From NCBI GenBank assembly GCA_036172245.1, contig JAYWIR010000016.1, positions 868,001 through 932,000 of the forward strand: a stretch of DNA of 64,000 nt, read 5' to 3'. Under the pieces are notes generated by a model. That model did no database searches and was not told the origin of the DNA. It saw only the letters and a list, made by a program, of their open reading frames with translations. The DNA comes from Raillietiella orientalis (Eukaryota). Positions 11,864 to 25,912 of this stretch are shown here, one piece after another. Every line of letters starts with the position of its first letter. Position 1 is the stretch's first letter. The position numbers and the translations under genes are program-made.

Positions 11864-14800
11864 TCACAGTGCTTCCTCTCGGGAAACCCTCTCGTAGGCG
11901 TCGGAGAAGATACCGCTGCAGCCCAGGAAGTTTCGGATCTTCTCGTAGAGGGTGTGGTCGAACATGCCTTGGAATTCCTCTTTGGTCATACACACTCCCG
12001 AGGAGGCCGGCGAATAGCTGAGGAGAGAGAACCGTGACCGTGGCAAAGGGAAGGAAAGCACGGGCGGCTGGTTGGGAGACCAGGAGGCATGGGAGGGGGG
12101 GAGCTCACCCAGAAAGCTGCCTCACGTGGTTCTCGAGGTAGTGGATGGTGGCACGCCGGTCGCCAGTGAGTTCCGTTATGGAGTACACCTTGACGTTGAC
12201 GTATATCTTAGGAGGGTTTCGGATGCGCAGCATCCCCTTTACGGAAGTCAGCATCAGAGGGTTGAGGAACGCTATGTGGTCCTGAGGGGAAGCAGGAAAT
12301 GCATTTCTTATCTTCTTGAGGCCCATCGGCAACGGCTACTGAGAATTCCCTCAGCTCCATCCGCTGATTCGGCCGGAGGAAACAGAAGGAAGAAAAGCAG
12401 GAAGATCGGAATGGGAGGGAAGACAAACAATGGCACCAATGAGAGGGTGGATACTCCCCCCTCCCTGCCGGGAAGAAAACCAGGGACGCAGTAGAGGATC
12501 GTCAAAAAAAAGGAAAAATCATCGGATCGATGACGATTAGGAGGAGGAAGCCGTCGCTCCTCTCCTGAATCACTTGCAAAACGCACGAGTTCTTCCGAGC
12601 GAAGGCGCTTGCAGGCCGCTTCCCTCGGGAGTGCGTAGCGCTCCTTTAGGTCCCTTCCGTGGCAAGGGGGACGAATGATCGTTCCGAGAGTCGTCCGCGC
12701 GCGCGCCAGCATCCTTGGGACGAACAGAGCTTCCGGGAAAAGGGACCCGCCCACGTGCGTCGCACTACGTCCAAGAACTGACGGACGCCGTTCGTTCTGG
12801 ATGAGGCTGCGGGCGCACCATCGAGCGAGACCGCGGAGGAACGCATTCCCTGAGGTGCCACCACTGTCTTCCTCGTATTTGTGGTTTCGGAATGCGGACT
12901 GGCGATCCGGAAAAAGAACTTCGCCGGAGGAACTCGTTCCGTTCTTCTTGGGGCTCGAAGGTCAAAGAGGAGCCTTGGGGAAAAGCACTACTCTTCAAGG
13001 TGCGAAGGGAAAGGGAAGAGGAGAGGAAGGGAAAGAGAAAGAATCGCGGTTCGCAGCTTGGTCCTAGGAGATAGGGGGACAGGAAGCTCCCGGAAGGGGA
13101 AATCCTTGATTACTGCGGCGCGGCAACAGCACGCACGCAAGCGCGGCGGGCTCACCCTTCTCTCTAAGGGAACGAGAGGGGAAAAGAGGGAGAAGCTGGA
13201 AGACGTCGCGTTTGCCGGTGGATCCTGACCTCGGACACGTACATGCGGCGGGTGATGCAAAAGGATTGCCAAGCACGCTCCTCCTCCCTCCCTCCTCCGC
13301 TCCTCATGGCGGTTGGGAGGGGGAGGGGCGGGAGATCGAGAAGGCGGAAAACGTGGAGTTGGAGGGGGGTCTGTGGGGAGGTCAGGCACAAGCGTGGAGC
13401 CAGCATCCTCCACGAGAGCGACCTCCCTCTGTGAAAACTGCCCTTTCCTGGAAGTGCTCAGCAAAGACGTCGGCCGCCTCGGACTGGCTCAGTGTTTGTG
13501 GAGCCATGGACTAGCCAGCCGGAGAAGGTGGACAGGAGAGAGATATTCTGGGTCGGCGCAGGTGAGCCGACTGCCTTCTTGGCCTGTGGAACAGAATATC
13601 CCTTCCTCCTCCTCCTCTTCCCGCTCCCTCGGAGATGAACGCGCGTGGTCGCAAACAGCGGCCGCCGCTCCAGATGCATCCATCCCAAAGCTCCGCCTCA
13701 TTACCCTGAAGCTGAAGTTCACAGGAAGGGAAGAAAGAGAAGTAACTCTGCCCGTTCGGGGGAGAGAAGGGCGGAGGGGGGGGACGGTCACAACCATACC
13801 ACGGTCCAAAGCTACGGGATGATTAGATGTTGAGGAGCGCCCTCTCCGTCGATGGACTGAAAAAAGCGGTCCTCGTGAAGGAGAAAAATCGATCGAAATC
13901 GATGAAAGAGCTTTTCTCGCCCCTTGGATAGGGGGGGGGAGGGAGGAGGGGGAAAAAAAAAAGGAAATGCTGAAGGAGGGAAGGGAGCGGAGGCAACGAA
14001 CGCGAGGGCGTAGTGGAACGCAGGGTAAAGGTCGACCAGGGCACGCGCACATCAGGGCACAGCCGCGGCACAAATGAGGCAAAAGTCTCTTCCCGAGCGG
14101 CGGCGCGGTCCATTCGCAAGCACGCTCGCCGAGAAGCAAGCAGAGAGTGGGGAAGAGGGAACCTGTTCGTTTACCTGAACGCAGCAGCTTCCGGCCGCTC
14201 TTCGCCACGGATCCTCTCCCCCGGCCCCACGTTTCCCATTTCTCGGAAGCGCGGGGAGAGGGGAGGGGGAAAGAAAGGATCCCCTCCTTTCCTCCCCTCG
14301 CATGCGGTCCCGCTGTTGGACTTTTCTCAGGAGAAAGACGCTCGCCGTGAGTGAGCTCGAGGAGAGGGAGAAGAGGAGGGGGGAGATGCAGAGCTTCCCA
14401 GCGAGCATAAGAAGCCGCGCGCTTTCGACGCAGAGAGGAGTCCCGTCCCAGCCGGCGCCTAACGCGGGGGGGCCGAAAAAAGCTCTCATACGCGCGCGTG
14501 GGTTGGGTAGAAGGAACTCGCTGTGTCGGGGGCGACCTCCCGGGAGCACCTGAGCGCTTGCTGAGCTCAGCAAGCGAGAAAAAGGGAAGGAATGAGGGGT
14601 ACGCGCTGGTACGCGCCCGCGTCTCGGACCGCAGCTTCTGCGAATCGGAAGACAAAGTGCGGTGCGCAAGGCAGCGCGCAGTGCCCGGGGGAAACATGGA
14701 AAGCGGGGACCCAGGCAAGCGGCCCGCGATCGTCTCGACAAGGGCGCATCGACTCGAAGGCGCTTAGGAAGGGCGGGAAAGAGGAGGAGGAGGGGATATG

Positions 14801-17800
14801 CGGGAGTCCACCGCGGAAAATGAAAGAACAGCAGGCCTGGAACGACCCGCGCACCAGCGGCTGCCAAAGAGGACACCGCGCCTCCCCTTTTCTTCCTCTC
14901 CCCGGGGGCCTTGGAAGAACCCAAGTCCATCCAGTGAGCACGAAGAGAGAAAACCCCGTTGGATAGGTCGGGAAGAGAAAGAGAAGGTGGGACGTACTTT
15001 GAGCACGTGTTTCACTTCAACAAGGAAGTCCATGAGGTGCTCCAGGGGGATGAGGAAATCCCGGGCGACGTGGCATTTGCGCTGCAAGAGGCGGTGGTGC
15101 GTGACGAAGCGTCCCAACAGGGAGAACGCGTGCCGGAACACACGGCGCAGCAGCAGGTGCAGGAAACTGCAGCCCGGGAACGGCGCCCTGCACTGCAAAG
15201 GGGATATAGTCCAGTCCGGGTGACGCGCGCTGAGGCGTGCCCCTCCATCCCACCCGCCCCGCCCCGCCTTCAGGAGGCTCCAAACCTTCAGCAGCCTCAG
15301 CGTAAGCCACGTGTTCCGGCAGTGGTAATAGGGGTACGGGACATACGCGGTCCTCTCCTCATGGCTGAGGCAGTTGATGACGTGGGAATAGATGAAGTCC
15401 CCTTGGTCGACGACCGTCGTTCCGAGGTCCCTCGGGGAAGGAGCTGCTAAGGCACATAACACTGAAAAGGAAAGGGGGGCAGCGCCGGGGGCGCCGGTGC
15501 AAATTACGGGTGGGCTCGGTGGGCTCGTCTGCGTCGGGGAGGAAATCCCCCGTCACTAAGACCTGCGAGACGCCTTCCTCCCCGCAGACCAGCAGACATT
15601 CCAGCAGATCGGCAGTGGCGGCGTTCCCGCTGTCCGCCACCGCCGCCCTGAACTCTTCGACCAGATCTGCAAGGGAAGACACCGGCTTGTATGCGAGTCG
15701 CAGGTATCTACCAACAGAAAGGTGTCAACACCCCAGACAGGGAAGGGAGGAGGGAGGGAGGCGAACTGACTTGTTTGCTGGGGAGATCCTCAGCTCCACA
15801 GCCGTCAGGAATCCCATGGAGCCGTAGGACAGGGGGATGCAGTGGTACAGGTTGGACAGCTGGCTCTGAAAGGGAAAAGGGGTCATTGGGTGCCATCAAT
15901 CGTCGTCGCCACCGCTGACACCCCCTCTTGCGCGCCCGAAGTCGCGCAAACGTTTCCAGCAGCTGCAGCCTCCCCGTGGCCCGAAGTCCATAGTGAATAT
16001 TTTTTGGGGGGGGGCATACCGACCGACCCGGAGCCGCCTTCCGGATCCTGCAGGATCGATCGCCAGCCGTCCTTCGGAGGCCTGTCCGGCACATTCGGGA
16101 CGAGGAGCGGGAAAGGAGAAACCCGTTCGCAGGCAGCGTCTAAAGGGGAAGAGAGGACCACCTCTCTCCGTCCTTGGTTCCCTCCGCGCGCGGTCCAGCC
16201 GTAGAGGACGGAACGATGCGAATGGTGGCTGCCGTACTTAGCCGCCTCACCAAAGCGGAGGCGGCTCCCTCGACACACACGCCGTGCAGCATCCTCGCAA
16301 CACACGCAGACGATGTCCCAAACGCCCCTCCTTCCCCCTCTCTCTCGCTGCACAGGCAACAAAGAAAGAAATTGCTCCTCCCGTCTCGGAGAGCCTCGTA
16401 CGCACCACGTGATCTTCTCCCTTCAGGTGACTTGAGCGTATTCGTCGGGAAACGGGCGCAGGAATCAAGGAGAAACGTCCACGCTCCACGGTAGAGAATG
16501 AGCACGCGCGGGAAGGGGGGACACAAAGGATGCGAATTGGCCTTGCAAAGTCGAGGCCTCTGGGACCCCTCAGCGGCATCTGCGCGATCGTCAGAGACGC
16601 GCCGTCTGCTCTCGACACGCGAGCAGGGCAGAGTCCCTGCAATCTTAGGCCCCGGGGCACTCCGAATCACAGCATCTCGAGCTGCTTCGCGATCTTCCCG
16701 AACCCCTTCCTCCCGACCCTCGTTACATGGCTCCTGAACGCGTTTCCCTCGTCGCCTTTGATCATGGGTTTGGCTCTCCGGGACCCCCGAAGAAGTCGCC
16801 GCTCGCAATGGCAGGTTCCGCCCGCTTCCCGGCCCTCTCGCCTCTGCGGCGCGCGCGCTCCCCTTCGCCGCCGCACTCTCCTATCACCCGTTTTGGAAAC
16901 TCGGAAGCGTTTCCCGAGACGCCTTCTTCCCCGCGATCCCCAAGAGCACTCCAGGACTCCGGGACGAACGCCTGTTTGAGGAGCTGTAGTGAGAGCGCAT
17001 CCGAACCAAGGAACGGGTTGAGGATCCAGCCCGTGAAAGCTCTTGGGGACGAAGATAGAGAAGCCTGGATCTTCCTCCCTGGTTCTTCTCCGGAGGAGCG
17101 CCTGGTTCGGCGGGAAAGTGTTGCGAGCCAGGAGGCGCGAAGGAAGCGATGGCAACGTGCTGAAAGAGCCGGAGAGAGACCACTCCACAAGGAAAGACGG
17201 AGGAGAGCTCCGGAGACAAGCGTGAGCGGGAGGGACCGGGGAGAGGTACCTGTGGAATCCGCGGACTCGGACGGTCTAAGCCCCGAGGCGGCTTCCGAGG
17301 AGCCCTTCGACGCTCCCCACTACGCGGGCCCCCTGGAGACTAAAGATCGGAAAACGCGCCCCGTTTGGGGCTCCTCCGCCTGTGGAAATCAGTGACCTTC
17401 CCCCCCCCCCTCCCGCCTCTCCCCGTGCCGTCGGACAAGACCAGAAGCATCGTTGCGAGGCGCAGCCGGAAAAAACCAGCGCGATGGGAGGACCACCAGG
17501 ACTCGCCGCGAGCGCCTTGCTTCAGGGGCAGCAACCGGCTCACTGAGAGGTCCGACCTGTCGGGGCTCTGGTCGGCCTCTCGGCGACCTGGGACCCCAAA
17601 ACTCACAGGAAAGACTTTTTAAGCTCCAGCTTGTCTAAGAGAAGAGCAGCAGAAAATCCCGGATCCGGTCCAGCGAAGAGCGCCAAGTACGTTACGCCGG
17701 CAGCGAGACGATCTTGGTGAGGCGCTCATTAGCCGCTCTGAGCCACCAGCTAGCGTTCAACCACCAAAGCACCCCACTTGCTTAGCGGAACCTGATGATC

Positions 17801-20800
17801 CACTGCATCAGCGATGACACGGACGGATGGTTGTACACGCGCGCGCGCACACGCAGGCATGCGCACGCACGAGCAGACGATGTTCGCTGTGCGAATCTTG
17901 GAACTGGTGACCGCAGTGACTCACCTCAGTACAAAGGATGAGGTTTCCATCAGGGAAATAGACTTCGTAAGAAACGCATATGTTATGGAACAAACCAAAC
18001 TTATGAGAAGAGCTTCCTAGAGCGTAGCCCAGAACCACTTCGCCTGAAATGGAAAGACAAAATGAAAATGAAAATGACGACGACGTCGATCCCATCGTCA
18101 TCAATCCTTTTGAACCTTTTGAAAGCAAAAAAAATTTTTCTCTCGATCTGAAGGTGGGCTCATCTGATGCAACGCAGGAGAGCACCGGCCACCGCCAGAC
18201 CAGGATCACCGATAGGAACCCAGAGAGCTCACGCATCACGAATACCACATCCTTAAAAGGTTTCGGGAACCAAAAGATGCTGGAGGCGGTACGTCTTTAA
18301 ACAGTAACCGCCGATGGGCATAGAAGATGCTCGATCCCATTCGGTAATGCAGAACGATTGCTGCAGTACCGGCAAAACGAAAATGAGACTCGTAAAGCAG
18401 CCTCTTGACGTCTGGAGGCATCTCATGGTAAAACTAGAGAAAGATGCAAGCAGTCCCAACAAACGCTCATTTTTAGAAGGGGAAGTTCGAATTAGCCAAC
18501 ATCCAGATGCCCCCTTCCCGTGGGAGCATTCTTACGCCAGTACATGGCACCGGCACACATTTTCAAGGTTCCTTGGTGTGTTGCTGCGTACTGCGACCCC
18601 ATGGCGAATACCGCCAGCCGGCCTCTGGGAGTCCCGCCACATCTTCACGGACATTCCGAAACAAATTGCACGGCATGCAACAAGCCCTTTACAGACTTTT
18701 ATGACATTTCCCTAAACAGCCCGGAGGCTTGACTTGTTCCGAAACCCTGTAGAAAGAGGGTGCTCTTTCTACATGACATGGGGTTATTTTCAAGGAAAAA
18801 GCCGAAAATGCTTTGGGCGTTCAAGAATGTCCTCCTCCTCCCCCCCTTTGGGACTTCCCACGGAGGCAGGTGATGAAGAACAATCAAAAGAAAAAAATAT
18901 GCATCAATAAAAAAAAAAAATGTAACTTCACTTTTCGTTGCTTGTTGTCGCGTAGGATCAGGGGAGTAAGACGTTCCACCCCACTCCATGGCAATAACGC
19001 ACAGCCCATTTTCGAGTACCTCGTTTTCCGCCTTGATACATTCAGTTGTAACTTACACTACAAGAAAGGAAGGGGAAAAAAGGAAACATGGCTACCGCAG
19101 ATTCCTCGGACAGAGTACGAGGCCTCGATGCCGCCTTTCGAAAGAACTGTTGCCAAATTACTCGCAATCCACGGTGCTGCCCCGTCCTTAACCAATGTCT
19201 CATTCGCAGGAACCAAGAAACCTGATGCCTTAATGCTTTGATTTCAGAGTACACTTTTCCCATCTTCAGTTTGCAGATCGTAAGCAGGACCCGTACTCCC
19301 GTACCAACCAATCACCCCGACGCGATGCGATGATCGCTTCTCAGAGACGGAGCGTGCCGTGGTTACCACCGATGGCTTTTTTTTTTCAACGATTCGCACT
19401 CTCAAAAGACGGCTCGTTTTCTTTATGGGTTATCTTAGTTTTCTTCAAGGGAGCACAAATAGCAACAAGAAAATCCGGAGAATAAATAAGAGAGATGCAC
19501 AATGAAGACATGCATTCACAGTACGGAAACGGCAAGGCAGAACAATGGCATTTATAAACAACAACAACAAAAAAATGCATTGTATTAAATAAGAGGAATA
19601 ATGAAGGGCTATTTAAAACATTACTCTGAAAATGTGCAGTGCATGCAAGAAATCCAGAATTCAAGGAAGGGGGAGGAAATCACGATGGCATTGCTTTTGT
19701 GCTAACTGATAGGCACACGAAACAGTGGTACTGCATAAGGCGATAGATAATCTTACAACTGCATTTGTTTTGTGTTCAGGATAGCTGACCGTGATTAAGC
19801 CAATATCAATAACTGCTGAAGTGTTTTCCAATGCGTAGTGTTTGTTCACTATCTTTTCCACCGGCATTAAAGACAAAGCGAAATACTTCGAAACAAAACT
19901 GCTAGGAGGAGGAGGAGAAAAAAAAAAAGCATAAAGAAGAACACATTTTTTTTTTTTTTTATAACTTCGTTTCCATTTTGAAATGCCGAAACTTTTCTTG
20001 AAATGTTCCCACAAAACGAGGAAGTGTTTGATGCAATCTGAGGTGCAGATGAATTTGAAAATTCTCACTTGTGATAATGCAGCAGAAGTTGCAAACGAAA
20101 CGCGACACTTAAAATTCAACAGGAACTTGGGGAAAGGGTTAAGAAGAAGAAAACTCCTAAGATTCCATTGGCTCAGAGGGTTTTTTCCTTCCCCCCTCCC
20201 CTCCCTAGGAAACTGCGAATCACACAGCAGCCTTTCGTTCTTCGTGTTGCAAGCAAACAGATTGGGTTTTCCTCCCGCAAGAATCAAAGGGTAAGAATGT
20301 TTCACAAAACTTCACAATTTCCTAGAAGAAAGTCAGCACCTAGTGCGTTTCTTAGGAAAATCTTACTATAAGGAAAACAAACGGATAAGGGGCGATTACG
20401 TTAATGGAAGCTGAAATTAAGGAAGCGTTTCCATTCATACTAATCTGTATGACTGTTATATGGCAAAGATTTCTTTTTATAAAAGACAACCATCATCATG
20501 AAAACTATTACCGATAGTAGAATCAAGGCAATCGGGAACAACGGGCAGTGTCCAGCCATACGTTTGTAGATGTTCCAGAATCTCCTTAATCAGCACTTGT
20601 GATTCCACTCGGATCGTCTAACGAAAATTCCAACACAATCTGAGAACCTTGAAGATTACTCACTCTTTTGTTAAAATCTGTTTGCAGCACAGAATTAAGA
20701 TTCAGAAATATTTTAAAGTGCCTCGAAGGCCTTCGTGACGAACAGAGCTGTTCGTGTAAGGGTTTTCCTACAGCTAACGGGCGGTCTCCTGCAATTTTCC

Positions 20801-21728
20801 TCCATCGTTTTAACTACAAAATGCCCATCTCATTACAAATGTCAACTCTTTAGGGAAAATTAGCATTATAACATCCAAGTCCACACAGACAATATGGGTT
20901 CATCCTCATCGGAAACGACGAGTTTTCATAATGTGAATGTGGAGGAAACTGCAAAAATTTCCACGTAACTGTGGAAAATCATGCGACTGTGAAATCACGC
21001 AAAAGTGAGAATCAATAAAAAAAATTTTTTTTTTTTTTGTGGCCCTAAAAGTGACCGTGTAATTCTGCCTTTTGCTTTATCAGGGTGATGTCTCTTTCAC
21101 CAGCATGCTTCCGCGTCGGGAAGCGTGGACCACCCGTCGTCACATTGCATGATTACCTATTCATCAACACGAAAGCTATCAGTAATTAACATTAGTAAAA
21201 AAAAAATCTCGATCCGGACGAACGGAAAACTTTCTATCAGTGACACTTAAGGGTTTTCAATGATGGGTGATACGACTGATAGAATAATGCTCTGAAATTT
21301 CTCTTGCACGCAAAATGTCTTAACAATTATAAATTCAAATGGAGAATTAGTTTAGTCTGTGTTTTGATACACTCTTTGCGTTAACATATTAAGAAATACC
21401 AACAGTTTCTGACTACATAAAATTGATGTTTGACAATAGCAGGAGTGAGCATGGGGAAAATGTCCGTTTCATAAGAGCTCTTCAACGAAATTTGTATGTA
21501 TTTTTTTCCTTTCGTTTTGCTTTAAACAATCTCTCTCAAAATAAATGGGACCGAACTGTTTTGCAAGAATTTCATTACCTGGCGCCCAATTTGATCAATT
21601 TTTCTTTTATGGCTTACTGATGAACAAAAGAATACACAACTCAAAATTTTTACACACCAACTCAAAGCAAGAAATATTAGCCAATAAGTTACATTAACAA
21701 TCCATTTAAGCAGATTTCTTAATGACAT
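11864..21728 (-). CDS. DHCR24: Delta(24)-sterol reductase (DHCR24/seladin-1/DIMINUTO)-like FAD oxidoreductase, 10 exons, ~505 aa, divergent
   Basis: Exons 21728-21579, 20813-20664, 20617-20512, 18043-17925, 15865-15771, 15707-15508, 15461-15286, 15192-14998, 12281-12109 and 12017-11864 sum to 1518 nt. All introns are GT..AG and in phase. Motifs are collinear with DHCR24: IRVE...GWTLPVVP, SSSHKFGLFHNICVSYEV..PDG, LYHCIPLSYGSMGFLTAVELRI.PA.KYLRL, HVARDFLIPL, MTKEEFQGMFDHTLYEKIRNFLGC..IF.DAYERV. Confidence 0.88.
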
Positions 21729-24700
21729 AATAAATGCAAAACTGCCAATAAGCGTGCAATCAAAATTCAAGTTCTTGAACGTCACATCAGTTTGGTTGGA
21801 ACAAGAAGAATGCAGTTTAATGTCACTGTACATGGAAGTCATCAACAACAGGGTAGGAAAAAAAAAAAAAAAAAAAAAAATGAAAAGCCTGCGAAGGAAA
21901 ATGGTTGTACAATAAAAAAAAAAAATTCACTACCACATTGGATTTCCTGATTAAGCTTTCGATTTTGATTAGGGAATTTGCGGTCATACAGTGCCCAAGA
22001 GGTAACAAAATTTCCTTCAAATTTAATGAGAATTTCGATGTATGCAGTAATTACGTTTGTCAGCATGAAAATTTATTTTTAATTGATAAAGAATTTCGCT
22101 TTCATGTCTTAATGCATAGGTTCATAGGTACTGTAGTAATCCTTGGCTTTCAAGGCTTTCATGAAGCAGAGTGCTTGGCAATTTTACGCTGATGTAAATG
22201 TATTGCTGAAATTTAATAGCATCTGCACTGATTTCATAAGAAACAAATTTAAGAACCAATAAGCAACACAAGAAGGTGAGTTGGATGAGTTCTACTATGC
22301 AGCCAAATGCAGACTAATCTGCATAAGAAAATATAGAATATTTACTTCCCCCTGAATTACTTCTTTCTCACCTTCAAAACTTGCAATTCTTCAGATGAGT
22401 GCTGGACCAAGTTTGTTAGTCAATTGGTTGCCCTAAACTCTCTTAATGATGAATTAACTATATGAAATTACAGATACAATAAAGTGATCTGTTTTATTTC
22501 CCTGCTTTCAAATTTGGGATTGCAAATATCAAAGAACAATGAATATATCATTCAAAACAATGATTTTGCGATGCCTTCAAAGTGTTCCTAAAAGTGAGCT
22601 GCCGCATGTAAGATTGCAGAAATAGTTATTAGAATATTTGAATCGTCGTTTCCACAGGGAAGCAAATATTATGTAAAGTATGTAATCCACATTGCATCAC
22701 TTGGTTGTGAAGGTGCCTACTTGGGCAATGGATTGGAAGTACACACTTCATAAACTGGTTCTTAACCATGATAAATATAGGAAATCACTTGCAGCAATTA
22801 CATAAATAAAATAGTGGCCACACAAAAACGAACTGAGTTCCTCCACCATACATTTAAGCTTTCATTATGATGATTATTATAATTTAAGGTACCTACATAG
22901 TACAAAAATCCTTTAAAATGTGTACATCCTTAGTCCAGTTGCATGTTTTTAAAATGGCAAGACACTGAAAGAGCAATGGGAGCATCCGAAGAATGCATTT
23001 TCTGAATATAATTGTCAACATATGAGGTTTTAAGAAATTCAGTTATGCTTGCAGCATTTGATCTGATAGCTATGGATGAAAGCATTTGCACAAACAAAAA
23101 AGTTCCACATTGCATAGGGGGAACTATTATACTGTATTATGTATATATTTATATTATATAGGCATAGGGGTAGCTTCTCGCTCATCAAAAACGTTTGAAA
23201 AAATATTAACCATTATATTGGACAGGCCTTTTGTGGCCTTGATATGAATGGATGATCCGGAAGCTCAAACCATCACATTACTTTTTATAGCAGAAAATCC
23301 CATTACCACAAGATCAAACATGAAGCTAATAATTTTAACTCAAAAATGGAAAACATTTTTTGTTTAAAAAAAATAGTGTTGTTCCATTATATTAACTTGG
23401 TTGGTTTGTCGTGATGCTGTTGCAGCTAATAATCAATCAGGCAGCAATCAACTCCAGGCACTCTTATCAAATGAAACAAGTACATCTGTTGGAGTACCGT
23501 TCCAATTCATCCTTATCTATTAAACTTGTCTGCAACTATTTTTATTTTAAAAAATCGAAAGAGGGTTGGAAGATGGGTATGAATGACAGATTTATGCACT
23601 ACTCATATTCACAGCTGTAGACAATAACAAGACTTGCATGCATTGCTTGCTGCATTCATTTACTTGGATTACTTCCGTGCGTGAATTTGTACAGATTGCA
23701 CTCAAAGGACAGTAGCAGCTTCGGTCATGTACACTTGGACGGCTACGACTAAACCGCAATTTGCCATCAAAAGTTGAACTTTCAACGAAAAATGCCTGAG
23801 GCACTATCGCAAACGTTTGGATTCCTTTTCGCTTCTCTGCGTAGCCAAACATTCAGCAGTACGTTGACGGACTCTGAATGGAACTCAATATACACGAACG
23901 TGTGAAATACAAATACTTCACACGTAAGTTATGGTTTTCGTGAGGTGTCCACAAAGCACACAAAAAACGGAAAACGTTGAAGGATGTAAACGTACACTAC
24001 CAATTTCGAGCTTGCGAGTCACATTGGGGTGACACTCGGCAGGCAGAAAGTCCTGCGGAATAACACCACACATTTTCCAAAACAAGTAAAAAGCCACCCG
24101 AGATTTATATGGACAACTTATAAGAACTCCAAAAGAAAAGTTCTCTCAGCATTCTCAGTGGAATGCAATTCTAACGTATGTGCCTGCAACGTCTCGGATT
24201 AATGGATTGTAACGTGGTGTGTCTAAATAACGAACACGCAAAATGCCTTTTGATATCTATCATTTGGAGAAAAAAAAGAAAAAGAGAAACACACAGTGCT
24301 TTACGCACATTTCTGCAAAGTATAAGGCCTATCGTGCAGTGCAATATCCGAGTTCTTTATGCAACACAGAGCCAGCGAGAGCTGGCAACAGCATAACACG
24401 AAAAAATGCTCAGTACACGAATTTGGTGTTTGCTGAAAAGACTGAGCTGCAGCGATGCCGATTTTTTCCATAATTACGTTAGGAACCGAAATGGGAAATC
24501 GACTTCCATGCTTTGTATTCAATCACGCGCAAGCGATAGGTTTTCACAAGATTACTGGGGTGACTTTGGGGGTGGCTCGACTGTCTTTGCACACGTGTTG
24601 CTGGGATCATCCAGCTGCTTGGAATCCAAAACCTGAGGAATCTTCGAAACGTAGAGAAAAATAAAGAGCTGAGCACTGCAAGTGCCCATCTGTTACTGTT

Positions 24701-25390
24701 TCGGTTTAAATTGGCGCCTGAAGAAGTGCAGCATGAAGAGCAGTGGTTGGCGTAACCTTCGATGATGCTTTGAAGAAACACACAAGACCTGAACAGGAGT
24801 GCAAGATAAGGTCAGCAGCTCTGTGTGACAGCAAGAGGTGAAACAAGCAGTTCGGTGTGCCAGTTAGTACTTCTGTAATGAGGGTGAACGTTAAGAAATA
24901 AAAATTCTGGTTTCAAAAGTAGTTTATCATTGCACGTGCTTTAAAAGACACATTCATCAACAGATTCTTAAAAGGATCAAATGCATTACACCCGAAGGCT
25001 GTGGAGCGTAGGGCTCCGATCCTTGGCAATTTCTATATGGAGGTATCTACAATAAGGATCAGAGACAAAACAAAAAAAATACCTGGGACCTGAAACATAT
25101 TCCCTAGACAAACCTTTATATCAATCAGGAAATAGTGGTTGAAAAAAAAAAAAAAACGAGTATAAAATCGAGCATACCGAGTCCATCAGCGTATGTACTA
25201 TGCTGCCGATAATACGTGTGCTAAAATTTGGCTATAAAGCCCACTGATTGTGCTTAATTCCTCAATTTTTTGATCGTCTTCTGTGAGACTTGAAGAATTA
25301 AACAATAAACACCTATATTGGCCAACCAACTACTGTACAACTACTACTGCAGGATTAGTTATTGCGAAGTGTTCCGTGGAGACTGGAAAT

Positions 25391-25912
25391 TGTCTATTAT
25401 CAGCATACACCGAGACCACGCATTTGGAGAACGCCAGCCAGACATGACAAGATGGTAAGAGCAGAGGTTGCCGCACTCGCAGCATCTTGCTCCTCTCTTA
25501 GGCAGTGGGTGTAGCGACTACGTTTGGGAACTCAGCTTCTCGCCCCCCCCGCATTCCCGCCAACAATCAAGTAGGGAGTGCCAAGATCATAAAAACCGAT
25601 TATAAGGACTACAATTAGTCTATAATCCCTACAAACTCTATAGACTACAATTTCAACGATATTTTTCCGCTTGAAAATGTCGATCCGAACGCCGTCATCA
25701 TAATTTTCTGCATAGTAACAGTCTGGAATGTAACCCCTCAGGAGACTTATGGCTCTGTATCGAACGAGCACAGATTTCTGGTTAGTCAAACCAATAATCC
25801 CCTTAGTTAGCTCGTTCTCTGTTTACGCTATCGGCGTGGAGACACTGGATACCCTGAACAAAGAATAAATTTCGCTGGCCACTTGAAGATTAGCCACGTA
25901 TGTACATCAACA
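25391..25912 (+). mobile_element. Candidate solo LTR (~520 bp)
   Basis: Begins TGT and ends AACA. AATAAA at 25864-25869 lies ~45 nt before the end, with TATA-like motifs near 25600-25645. The 5-bp flanks GAAAT/GAATT match at 4 of 5 positions, a possible TSD. No internal retroelement ORF nearby. Confidence 0.35.

Noticed and set aside
13489..14930. The longest ORFs in the track (409 aa and 292 aa) and many overlapping ORFs at 12.3-17.6 kb
   Set aside because: They are Arg/Pro/Ser/Gly-rich, open in several frames on both strands and lie inside GC-rich DHCR24 introns. This is expected from stop-codon scarcity, and no domain is recognisable.
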